NCBI GenBank assembly: GCA_964397745.1
Contig: CAYNKH010000001.1
Coordinates: 20,232-84,231, forward strand
Reading direction: 5' to 3'
From: an uncultured Bacteroidales bacterium
GTDB taxonomy: Bacteria > Bacteroidota > Bacteroidia > Bacteroidales > ML635J-15
DNA: 64,000 bases
The position numbers and the translations under genes were made by a program. Below are positions 1 to 8,816 of this stretch, one piece after another. Position 1 is the stretch's first letter; every line of letters begins with the position of its first letter. The notes under the pieces are model-generated. The model worked only from the letters and a program-made list of their open reading frames with translations. It did not search any database and had not been told where the DNA came from.

Positions 1-1209
1 CCCAATCCAGCAATACAAGTTACTTATATGTGGGATTTTAATGGAACCACCTTAACTGGCGAGGTTGTAACTTATGATTTTGGTCAAAACCAATGTCTTG
101 TTGTAGGTTTAACAGCAACAGGTAATGGTTGTACTGCAAGTATGTATGATTCGGTTTTTAATCCAAATGTTTTTATAGATACTTGTACTATGTATCTTTC
201 ATATAACATAAGTCCGGCAGATGATAACCAAACTCCAAATGGAGCAATTGACATTACTGTGCAGGGAGGAACTGCCCCATTTGCGTACAATTGGAGCAAC
301 CAAGCAACTACCGAAGATATTAGCGGTTTATATCCTGGAACATATAGTGTGCAAATTATTGATGATATAGGCTGTGTATTAACACAAAGTTTTAATGTTC
401 CAATAAACGACAGTTTAAATCCAGTTGACACATTAGTAGTATCTGCATCATATTCTTTTAATAATGCCGATTGTACAGCAACAGTTACTGCCGATGTTTA
501 TGGCGGAACTCCACCTTATTCATATCAATGGAATAATCAACAAACAACTCAGTCGGTTTATGGTGGTTGTAGTGGCGATCTTTATTGCGTTACAGTAACA
601 GATGCTACAAATCAAGTTGCAGATGCATGTGTTACACTTTATTATGTGCAAGATACTTCTGTAACAATCACAACTACACTTCAAGCAACAATAGATACTT
701 GTCTCAATGCTATCTCGGGGCAAATATTTAATTTTACAATAAATAATAATACAATAACTGTAACATGGGAGTTTGCCGATACCAATCAAAATACATCATA
801 TATGGTTATTTCATATCCCGTTCAGGATTCAATAACCCCAGGTATTTACGAAATATTATTATATATATATTGCGATGATATGGGCAAATCAATTACATCA
901 TATAGCGACTACATTACTGTAAGTGAAGGAAATATTACAGGAATTATACCTGTTACATTAAAAACAGATTTTACGATATATCCTAACCCCGTAACAGATT
1001 TATTGAATATCGAAATTTCTGCCCTTGAAACAGATAATGTGGAACTAATTATCCTTAATGCTACTGGACAAATTGTATTTTCAAATAAAGAAAACATCCA
1101 TTCTGGACAAAACGTTTTTAACTACGATGTGTCATCTTTATCAAAAGGTATTTATCTGATAAATATTTACGGTAACGAGATTTATAAAGTTAAAAAGTTT
1201 ATCAAATAG
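1..1209 (+). CDS. T9SS-sorted secreted protein with SprB-type repeats (5' partial, continues off the left edge)
   Basis: The frame is open from base 1 (PNPAIQVTY precedes the ATG at 28). It has SprB-like repeats (NGAIDITVQGGTAPFAYNWSN; VYGGTPPYSYQWNN). The C-terminal ~80 aa (FTIYPNPVTDLLNIEI...GIYLINIYGNEIYKVKKFIK) follow the Por/T9SS sorting-domain pattern. Confidence 0.8.
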   Translation, partial: PNPAIQVTYMWDFNGTTLTGEVVTYDFGQNQCLVVGLTATGNGCTASMYDSVFNPNVFIDTCTMYLSYNISPADDNQTPNGAIDITVQGGTAPFAYNWSNQATTEDISGLYPGTYSVQIIDDIGCVLTQSFNVPINDSLNPVDTLVVSASYSFNNADCTATVTADVYGGTPPYSYQWNNQQTTQSVYGGCSGDLYCVTVTDATNQVADACVTLYYVQDTSVTITTTLQATIDTCLNAISGQIFNFTINNNTITVTWEFADTNQNTSYMVISYPVQDSITPGIYEILLYIYCDDMGKSITSYSDYITVSEGNITGIIPVTLKTDFTIYPNPVTDLLNIEISALETDNVELIILNATGQIVFSNKENIHSGQNVFNYDVSSLSKGIYLINIYGNEIYKVKKFIK

Positions 1210-1211
1210 TG

Positions 1212-1349
1212 TTTGTCCATAATGTTGGAGATCTGCGTTTTGATAAACTGTTGGGTGTTATTAGTGGTTTACCTCGACATTGCAACAGGTAAACTCAGTG
1301 CAAGTATCAGATAAGTTATGAAATGCGGCTCTCTGACATTATGGACAAA
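1212..1349. repeat. Long-range inverted repeat (14/14 bp arms) enclosing an inner hairpin
   Basis: 1212-1225 TTTGTCCATAATGT is the exact reverse complement of 1336-1349 ACATTATGGACAAA. An inner hairpin pairs GTTTACCT (1267-1274) with AGGTAAAC (1287-1294). It lies between convergent genes. Confidence 0.7.
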
Positions 1350-1374
1350 TCCTAATGTTAAAATATGCAGTTAA

Positions 1375-1779
1375 TTAATATGGTAACATTTTCATATAGT
1401 CAATTATTTGGTCAACACCCTGTTGTAGCGGCTTCTTAACCGCAGCACGCATCATCATATTAAGCTCTGCTCTAACAACTATACGAACAGCAGTTTCATA
1501 AACCGAAAGACTTTTAAGTTGTATCCATAAATGAAAATTGTAAGCGGAATTATCGGCAGCCTTTATTTTAATAGTTTTATGTGGTGTGCGTTCAATAATA
1601 ATTAATGACATTTTTTGACCTTTGATTATAAAACTACAAGCGTCTTCGCTTGCTTCCCAATCTTGCACATCAGGAGGCACCAAGCGGGAAATATTTCGCA
1701 AGTCTGCATAAAAATTAAAAATTCGTTCATCAGAGTTTGAAATTTTGCCAGTTTTACTGATTATTTGGAGTGGTTTCAT
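1375..1779 (-). CDS. Hypothetical protein, possibly SRPBCC/START-like fold
   Basis: 134-aa ORF with an ATG start and no signal peptide. Strand-like segments are followed by a long C-terminal helix (MMRAAVKKPLQQGVDQIIDYMK). The fold guess is from pattern memory only. Confidence 0.35.
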   Translation of the reverse strand: MKPLQIISKTGKISNSDERIFNFYADLRNISRLVPPDVQDWEASEDACSFIIKGQKMSLIIIERTPHKTIKIKAADNSAYNFHLWIQLKSLSVYETAVRIVVRAELNMMMRAAVKKPLQQGVDQIIDYMKMLPY

Positions 1780-1948
1780 TTTTTTAAGTCTATCTTTTTT
1801 GCAAAATTAATAAATTCTAACATAGAAAAAAGAATTTGTTAAATCATATAATCAGTATTACCAGAATATCCACATTACTATTAAAATATCGATTTTATAG
1901 CTAAACACTAATTGCAAATTCATTAGTTTCCCTTATTAAAAGATTTTC

Positions 1949-1956
1949 TATTTTTG
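1949..1956 (+). promoter_or_regulatory. Candidate -7 promoter box (TAnnTTTG) for mutS2
   Basis: TATTTTTG matches the Bacteroidota primary-sigma -7 consensus TAnnTTTG. It lies 15 nt upstream of the ATG at 1972. Confidence 0.35.
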
Positions 1957-1971
1957 TAAAAAATTAGATTA

Positions 1972-4461
1972 ATGATATATCCACAAAACTTTGAGAGTAA
2001 AATAGGGTTTGACTTAATTCGCAACAAGATAAAAGCATACTGTTTGGGAAATGCTGCAAAATTATTAGTTGACGAAATGGAGTTTTCCAATAGTATAGAT
2101 ACTATAAAAACATCATTGGACGAAATCCAAGAAATGATAACAATTTATAATCTCAATGATACTTATCCAGTAAAATCATATCCCGAAACTCATAATATAA
2201 TATCAAAATTAAAAGTGGAGGGCAGCAGTTTGCAGGTTACAGACCTTATTGATATTCGTATTTTACTTGATAATAGTAAAGCATTAATCGCTTTTTTTAA
2301 GAAAGATGATAAAAATGAATTTCCTAATCTAAAGAATAAAATAAAGGATTTAGTTTTTCCAAAATACTTATCAGACAGAATAGATGCAGTATTATCAAAA
2401 AATGGTACCATTAAAGATAATGCTTCTCCTGGGCTTAAAGAAATACGAAAGAATCTGCTGGCATCGAAAAGCTCAGTTGGTAAAAGCCTTAATAGTATTC
2501 TTGGCAAAATTAGAGATAGCGGATGGGTAAGTCGTGATTTATCTGCAACATTGGTTAATGGCAGACTTGTACTACCAATTGAATCAACATTTAAGAGAAA
2601 AATTGACGGGTTAATCCACGATGAGTCGGCAAGTGGAAAAACATCGTATATTGAGCCACGCGAAGTAGTTGAATTAAATAATACTATTCGTGAATTAGAG
2701 TTTGAAGAAAATAGAGAAATACAAAAAATCCTTTTTGATATCACAAACGAGTTTAGACCATATAAAGAAGAGTTGATATTAATTGCTAACATGGTAACAG
2801 AGCTTGATTTGTTGCGAGCCAAAGCCGCTTTTTCAGCTTCAATTGAGGCTATAAAACCAGCTATTGATGAAAATCCACAACTTGACATTATTAACGCAAA
2901 ACACCCACTTCTTTATCTTGCATTAAAAAAAGAAAAAAGGGAAATTGTACCTACAAGTTTCAAACTTGATAATGATAACCGGATTTTATTAATATCGGGT
3001 CCAAATGCAGGAGGAAAAAGCGTTAGCTTAAAAACGGCAGCTCTAATATCGTATATGGTTCAATGTGGTCTTCCTGTACCTGTTGGAGGACAATCAGAAA
3101 TAGGAATGTTTGATAATGTTTTTATGGACATCGGCGACCAACAATCCTTAGAAAATGATTTGAGTACATATAGTTCACATTTAACAAATATGAAGCATTT
3201 CTTGAAAAATGCAGATGGCAAAACTCTGATACTCATTGATGAGTTTGGCTCGGGAACAGACCCAGTTATTGGTGGAACAATCGCCGAAGCAATACTTGAG
3301 GAATTAAATTCAAAAAAATGTTTTGGCGTGATAACTACGCATTACTCGAACTTAAAAATAATGGCTTCAAATACGCCTGGTATTCAAAATGCAGCAATGT
3401 TAATTGATCAAAACAAAATGGAGCCTACTTTTATTTTAGAGATTGGAATGCCAGGTAGCTCTTATGCTATCGAGATTGCTCAAAGAATAGGTTTGCCACA
3501 AAACATTATTGAAAAAACTAAAGAAAAAGCAGGAAACGATCAAACCAATATGGATAAATTTCTTAGAAGAGTATTGCGAGATAAAAAATATTGGGAGCGT
3601 AAGCGTCAACAAATTCGTAAGCAAGAAAAATCATTAGAGGAAATTATCGAAAAAAATATCATAGAATTAGAAACCTTAAAGCAAAAAAAGAAACAAATAA
3701 TTGGTTCGGCTCAAAAGGAAGCAGAGCAATTACTTAAAGATGTTAATAAAAAAATTGAAAATACAATCAGAACCATCAGAGAAAGTGATGCCGATAAAGA
3801 AAAAACAAAATTCGCTCGTAAAGAAATTGAAGAATATAAAAAAGATTTTAAAGTAAATGCTGAAAACGATAACGATGAGATAGCTCGAAAATACGAGCAC
3901 TACAAGAAAAAACAAGAAGAAAGAAAAGCTCGAAAGACAAGGTCTGAAGATTCTGAGGATATTGAGCAAACTAAGAAACTGGAATTTGTGAAAATTGATG
4001 AAACTGCAATACATATTGGCAGTAAAGTTTGCATACAAGGACAAGAAGTTATTGGCGAGGTAACAGATATTGGCGATAAAAATGCAGTTGTAAGTTATGG
4101 TAATATGTACACAAGTATCGCTATAAATAAGTTGCAAAAGGTAAGTGAAGATGAGTATAAAAAACAAAACCGGTCGGCAAAAGGATTGCATTTTAATTAC
4201 AACGAGAAGGTCTTAAACTTTAAACCCTATATAGATGTTCGTGGCGAAAGAGTGGATGAGGCAATCGCAAAAATTACAGAACTTGTTGATGAGGCGGTAA
4301 TGCTTGGATTTAAAGAGCTTAAAATATTGCATGGAAAAGGTAACGGGATACTTCGGAAAAACATACGAGATTTTTTACGCACAATTTCACATGTTCAAAA
4401 TTGCTATGACGAAGAAATTCAGTTTGGCGGAAGTGGAATTTCTATTGTTAAGTTGAAGTAA
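1972..4461 (+). CDS. mutS2: Endonuclease MutS2 (MutS ATPase core plus C-terminal Smr domain)
   Basis: 829 aa. Walker A is LISGPNAGGKSVSLKT and Walker B-type is LILIDEFGSGTDP. A long charged coiled-coil linker leads to a C-terminal Smr domain (LKILHGKGNGILR). Confidence 0.95.
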   Translation: MIYPQNFESKIGFDLIRNKIKAYCLGNAAKLLVDEMEFSNSIDTIKTSLDEIQEMITIYNLNDTYPVKSYPETHNIISKLKVEGSSLQVTDLIDIRILLDNSKALIAFFKKDDKNEFPNLKNKIKDLVFPKYLSDRIDAVLSKNGTIKDNASPGLKEIRKNLLASKSSVGKSLNSILGKIRDSGWVSRDLSATLVNGRLVLPIESTFKRKIDGLIHDESASGKTSYIEPREVVELNNTIRELEFEENREIQKILFDITNEFRPYKEELILIANMVTELDLLRAKAAFSASIEAIKPAIDENPQLDIINAKHPLLYLALKKEKREIVPTSFKLDNDNRILLISGPNAGGKSVSLKTAALISYMVQCGLPVPVGGQSEIGMFDNVFMDIGDQQSLENDLSTYSSHLTNMKHFLKNADGKTLILIDEFGSGTDPVIGGTIAEAILEELNSKKCFGVITTHYSNLKIMASNTPGIQNAAMLIDQNKMEPTFILEIGMPGSSYAIEIAQRIGLPQNIIEKTKEKAGNDQTNMDKFLRRVLRDKKYWERKRQQIRKQEKSLEEIIEKNIIELETLKQKKKQIIGSAQKEAEQLLKDVNKKIENTIRTIRESDADKEKTKFARKEIEEYKKDFKVNAENDNDEIARKYEHYKKKQEERKARKTRSEDSEDIEQTKKLEFVKIDETAIHIGSKVCIQGQEVIGEVTDIGDKNAVVSYGNMYTSIAINKLQKVSEDEYKKQNRSAKGLHFNYNEKVLNFKPYIDVRGERVDEAIAKITELVDEAVMLGFKELKILHGKGNGILRKNIRDFLRTISHVQNCYDEEIQFGGSGISIVKLK

Positions 4462-4917
4462 GAATGTAATCCAGTAATTCTGTGATGTGCTGAGCCAGTC
4501 AAAGTGGACAAACACAAAGAAAAAGTTGCACAGAGAACAACAGAGCAGACACAGAGGCACACAGAGAGGGAAAATGTGTTTCTGTGAACCAGTGATATGG
4601 TTTTAGTGAATCTGAACTGTAATATGTTAGTGCAAAATGTACTATGTACTATTTTCTACTTACTTTTTTTGTGTTTTGTGATACAGTGATTCTGTGGATT
4701 AGTACGCAATTGGGGGGTTATAATCTGGATAATGAGATTCTAAAAAGTAGTAGTAGATTCGTTGTCGCAAGATTTTATAGTGTGGTGAAATTATGGTTTT
4801 CAAACGCTTTCAACCTTTTTTTAATCGCACGATGCAATCGTGTGATAGCGAGGAATACCGTTTACCGACTACCTTTTCCATGCAAATCTAATTAGTAAAT
4901 TCCTGAACAGTTTTATT
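4462..4917. repeat. Gene-free repeat island (CACAGAG periodic motifs, inverted CTGTG copies, CACGAT/ATCGTG hairpin)
   Basis: CACAGAG or ACAGAG occurs at 4529, 4540, 4550 and 4560, a spacing of about 10 bp. Inverted CTGTG copies lie at 4582 and 4692. A hairpin CACGAT-gca-ATCGTG lies at 4828-4842. The 83-aa ORF 4644-4895 sits entirely in this material. Confidence 0.6.
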
Positions 4918-7476
4918 TTATTTAACAACCAACGACAAGCGCTTATTTACATCATTTTTTGAACTAATTTCCAAATAATACGCTCCAGGTTCAATTTGTG
5001 TGTCAATTTTTAGTTCGGTATGCGAGTTTATTTTAGCAGATTTTGTCTGATAAACCAATCTTCCAAGTGCATCATAAATTGATATTGCAGCATCTTCGAG
5101 AGTATTTGTAGAATTTAGATATAAAACTTTACCGTCAAATGGGTTTGGATAAGCTGTAATTTCAGAATTTGCTATTCCCTTACAATCAGAATGAATAACC
5201 TCAAAAATCTCGGAAGTTCCGTCAAAATCAACTTGTTTTAAGCGGTAATATGCAGTTTTGGATGTTTTTGGAACTTCAAGCTTATAATTTTGTTTGATAT
5301 TTGTGTTTCCAGCTCTCTCAATAATGGCAACATCTTCAAAATTCTTTGCATCTAAAGATTGTTGAACAACAAAATAATCGTTATTAGTTTCGGAGGCTGT
5401 GGCCCATGTAAGAAGAATATGATTGTTTAGACATTTTGTGGAGAAATTGAGGAGAGTGATGGGAGTAATTATCTCACCTTCGCTAAGGGTTTGATAGTAA
5501 CTTATTTTTGCATAACAAGCATCGGTTGGTGAAGCATCTGTTCCGTAATCTGAATCATAAGGCAGACACATAAGTCTATAATTTGTTCCTGCTACTGTTC
5601 CAAAATTTACTGTGGCTGTTTGCGTACCTTGCCCAGTAACAACAACAGGATCTGTTCCTGCGGTAGTTCCAGAATATATTGTTGATGTTGTAAGATCTCT
5701 AATCATCCATTTGTAGTGTGTTGCATAAGGTGTTGCACCAATTGTAAAAGTGTAGTCGGTATTAGGAAGATATTCTGTTAAGTCGGGATGCGAAGTACAA
5801 GAGATTGCCCCACCTACCTCATCATTAATTTCGCAAGCTTTACAAGAAATCTTAATATCATCAAAATAATCAAACCCTGTACTATTTGCTGCAAAAGCAA
5901 CAATCAGATTTTCTGCTTTCGGTAAATCTGTTGTGGCATACCACCAATTACCATCAGGAAAATAATAGTTTACATTTGCCTGAGTCCATGAATAACCTGT
6001 AGATGTTCCATCATGAGTTTGATGATAATAAATTTCAGGACAATATGACTTGTAATTTTCATCAAAGGTATGTCCTGAATATGAAGTCTTAAAAGCAAAT
6101 CGTAGTGTAGCAGATGTGCCAGAACAATTAGCTGTATTAAACTCTCGTGTAATAATACTAGGGGTGTTATTTGGTGCAGGATTATTACAATCTGCCGTCT
6201 CTTTATAAATATAAGCTGCCCCTCCATTAACGCTACTTTGTCCTACTTGACCTCCGTTACCACCAGACGAACTAATGTAGGCATATGCACCTGTAGAATT
6301 ATTACAGCCATAACGCGAATGATATGAAAAAATATTACCAGTTGCCGAAGGATCAAATTGGTCAAATGCCACCGGACCATAAAAATCTGTAGAGCCATCA
6401 AAATTGTAAGTTAATGCACTACTATTAATATCTGGGACACTTGCTTTTGCAGAATTATCTGTAATTCGAATATCGTCTATTGTTATGTTTGTTCCTGAAG
6501 CCACAAAACAAATACTTAAATCTTGTCCTCCACAAATTTCGCCAGGAACACTAACAGTCTGATTTGAACAGCTAGTACCATAACTAAGAGACGATGTGTT
6601 GAGTTTCATCCAGCCGCTATAATGCTTATTGTATGAAGTATTAAAATTGCCGTATCCACCAACTCTTGCATAAACCTCTAAAGTGCTACTGCCACTTGAA
6701 CGTTTCATGTCGAAACTAATATCAACTCCTTTTCCACGAGGAACATGGAAAGTATTTGTCGCAAAATAGTTGGTTGAACTTGAGCTGTAATAGGCATAAT
6801 TCCCTCCTGTACAAGCGTATGTTGTCCCATTATTTCGACCCCATCCACTATAAGCTGCCAAATCAGGAGAAAAGGTTGCAAAATCTTCTTCATAAAGAGT
6901 TGAACCACTACTGCCACCAGAAGTGTTTACAACTTCAACATTATCAATTATAAATGTACCACTAGAATTATTTGTGTAAAACTGAATATTAATTGTTTAC
7001 CCAGCATAGGATGATACATCAATGGATTCGGAATAACAACTATAATTATAGCCCAATGTCAAAAGACTAGCGTAACTGCCAGTGCATCCAGTAGTTGAAA
7101 TACTAACAACAGGATAAGATACAAATTTATTAAATTTATAATCAAATGTTAAGGTGGTGCTGCCTGTTGCTGGAACACTTATTGAATTTGATTTTATGTA
7201 GTCTCCACTACCGTATGCATACCACGAATATCCATCACATGCCGATGATGAGCTGTTGCTATATGGTGATGTACTGCACCAATTTGTCAATAGATGAGTG
7301 CTACTATACGTACTTCCAAAATCCTCACTAAACAACACAGTTTGAGCTTTCCCAACAAAAGCAAAGAACAATAAAACCAACAAAATGCTTAGTTTCAGAT
7401 TGAACGAAAGCTCTTTATTTATGATAAAGCCCACATGTCGGTTCAATGATGCATTATATAGCTGTTTAACTTTCAT
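4918..7476 (-). pseudogene. T9SS-sorted secreted protein (two jelly-roll/MAM-like modules plus Ig/FN3-like region plus Por C-terminal domain) interrupted by one in-frame TAA at 6997-6999
   Basis: ORFs 6997-7476 (signal peptide LKLSILLVLLFFAFVGKAQT) and 4918-6861 are in the same frame (615 nt apart, which is 3x205). The gap translates without any other stop (TINIQFYTNNSSGTFIIDNVEVVNTSGG...). The C-terminus ITAYPNPFDGKVLYLN...GAYYLEISS...LSLVVK is a T9SS sorting domain. Confidence 0.6.
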
Positions 7477-7595
7477 ATATTTATTTCATAAATTACAATA
7501 TTAACAAAAACCAATAGTAATGTATGTCAGAATGGTCATGTTTTAGGCAAATTATATACAAATATACGGCATTATGCTTAGCACTTCAAATTAAT

Positions 7596-7700
7596 ATTAT
7601 GGACAAATGTAGGACATTTTGGGGAAAACTGTGATTTTGTGACTTTGCAAGGTATTTATCCTGTGGTCCTCTTATCCTGTAGTTCTGTGATTTGTTTAGG
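7596..7700. repeat. Dispersed-repeat material (13-mer shared with 1338-1350, then a CTGTG-rich stretch)
   Basis: ATTATGGACAAAT at 7596-7608 is identical to 1338-1350. It is followed by ctgtgattttgtgac...cctgtggtcc...ttctgtgatttg, which resembles the 4462-4917 and 49860-49885 material. Confidence 0.45.
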
Positions 7701-7802
7701 AATAATTGACCATTAATGATTAGCATTAACACAAAAAACATGTATATAGAATCGTGAATGAGAATTGAACTGATTTTACATCGCATTCGACAAAAACTTT
7801 TT

Positions 7803-7959
7803 ATGCCTGAAACAGGTTGACTGGTTAAAACTTAAACCTCTGATTTTTAAGGCATCGCATCTTAATATATACAGGGTAAGAAAGCTGCTCAGTATCAAAA
7901 TGTATTTTTTTGCGATAATAGTTGAAAAGTAAAAAAAGTGGTCAACCATATTCAGGCAT
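7803..7959. repeat. Imperfect 19-bp inverted repeat pair about 120 bp apart
   Basis: ATGCCTGAAACAGGTTGAC (7803-7821) pairs with GTCAACCATATTCAGGCAT (7941-7959) at 16 of 19 complementary positions. AGGCATCG is also directly repeated at 7850 and 7954. Confidence 0.45.
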
Positions 7960-7992
7960 CGATATTCTTAGTCCGAATCCAAAAAACCAAAA

Positions 7993-8805
7993 TTATTTTT
8001 TTCCAGTCTCCACTTGCCCACTTTCATAATTGTATTCCGAGCCTCCAAGTGAATGTGGAATCGAAAAAACAATTAACATTGACACAGAAGCAAGAATTAC
8101 TGCCCATTTTCTTTCTTTTTTGAGATTGAGAATTATTGCTGTAATCCAAATAATCAGAGCAATTAAGGTTTTATTGTCGGTAAAGTCTTTACCTAGAGGC
8201 CAGCCTGTCCAGTAATCTCCAAATGCGTAGTTTTGCATTATAGGTCCTAAAATAAAACCTCCAATAATTAGTGTAATAACTGTTAAATATGAAAAAAGAC
8301 GATAATTTCCAGTATTAAAAAATATGTAAAAAAGACTTACCAAGCTAAATAACATGGCTGAGAACATTGCAATTATATGTGGTATCAAAATATAATCTGG
8401 CACCTGTCCTTTAAAGCGAATTATTGCTGCGTTATCATCAGTTTGTATGATTTTTTCACCATTTTTAAATAATATTACGTAATACTGTAATTTTCCTGCT
8501 GGGGGTTGATCTGGCAACATTACTTTCCAGCTTTGTGCATCTTTTTCAAAAGGTGTAATTGTGTTTTTTGAGTCGCTTGGGTACTTATGAAAGCATATCA
8601 CTGCCGAGTCAAAAGCTTCTGAAACAGGAATCTCAACAAATGTTTGGTCGCCAATACTTGCAGAGCGGATTAATTTCATTTTATAATCTTTATCTCCAGG
8701 GATTTCTGATATTTTTAGCGGATATGTAGGCCCGCTTTGTCTTTGATAAATTGAAGCTCCGGCAGTTATTAAAATTGCTAATGTCCAAGCAAAAAATTTC
8801 CTCAT
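7993..8805 (-). CDS. Hypothetical membrane protein (N-terminal anchor, soluble domain, C-terminal multi-TM region)
   Basis: 270 aa. It has a hydrophobic N-terminus (FAWTLAILITAGASIY) and several hydrophobic spans in the C-terminal half. It starts 11 nt after the stop of the upstream M28 peptidase gene, so the two are likely co-transcribed. Confidence 0.6.
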   Translation of the reverse strand: MRKFFAWTLAILITAGASIYQRQSGPTYPLKISEIPGDKDYKMKLIRSASIGDQTFVEIPVSEAFDSAVICFHKYPSDSKNTITPFEKDAQSWKVMLPDQPPAGKLQYYVILFKNGEKIIQTDDNAAIIRFKGQVPDYILIPHIIAMFSAMLFSLVSLFYIFFNTGNYRLFSYLTVITLIIGGFILGPIMQNYAFGDYWTGWPLGKDFTDNKTLIALIIWITAIILNLKKERKWAVILASVSMLIVFSIPHSLGGSEYNYESGQVETGKK

Positions 8806-8816
8806 AATGATTAGTC

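Noticed and set aside
2190-2888. 232-aa ORF antisense to mutS2, and similar antisense ORFs inside large genes (e.g. 3730-4191, 29729-30040, 46101-46394)
   Set aside because: They lie entirely within and opposite strongly supported genes. They have low-complexity S/F/I/L-rich composition typical of antisense frames in AT-rich DNA, and they have no motifs.
4644-4895. ORFs located in the gene-free islands (4644-4895, 7586-7786, 28254-28448, 28497-28781, 55144-55383)
   Set aside because: They coincide with dispersed repeat modules and hairpins. Their composition is odd (Cys/Leu/Phe-rich), and they have no plausible promoter or start context. They are best explained as translated repeats.
6997-6999. 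Stop-codon reassignment (TAA read as sense) to explain the in-frame stop
   Set aside because: TAA clearly terminates many well-supported genes in this window at conserved C-termini, such as mutS2, tyrS and hcp. A genome-wide recoding is therefore not supported.
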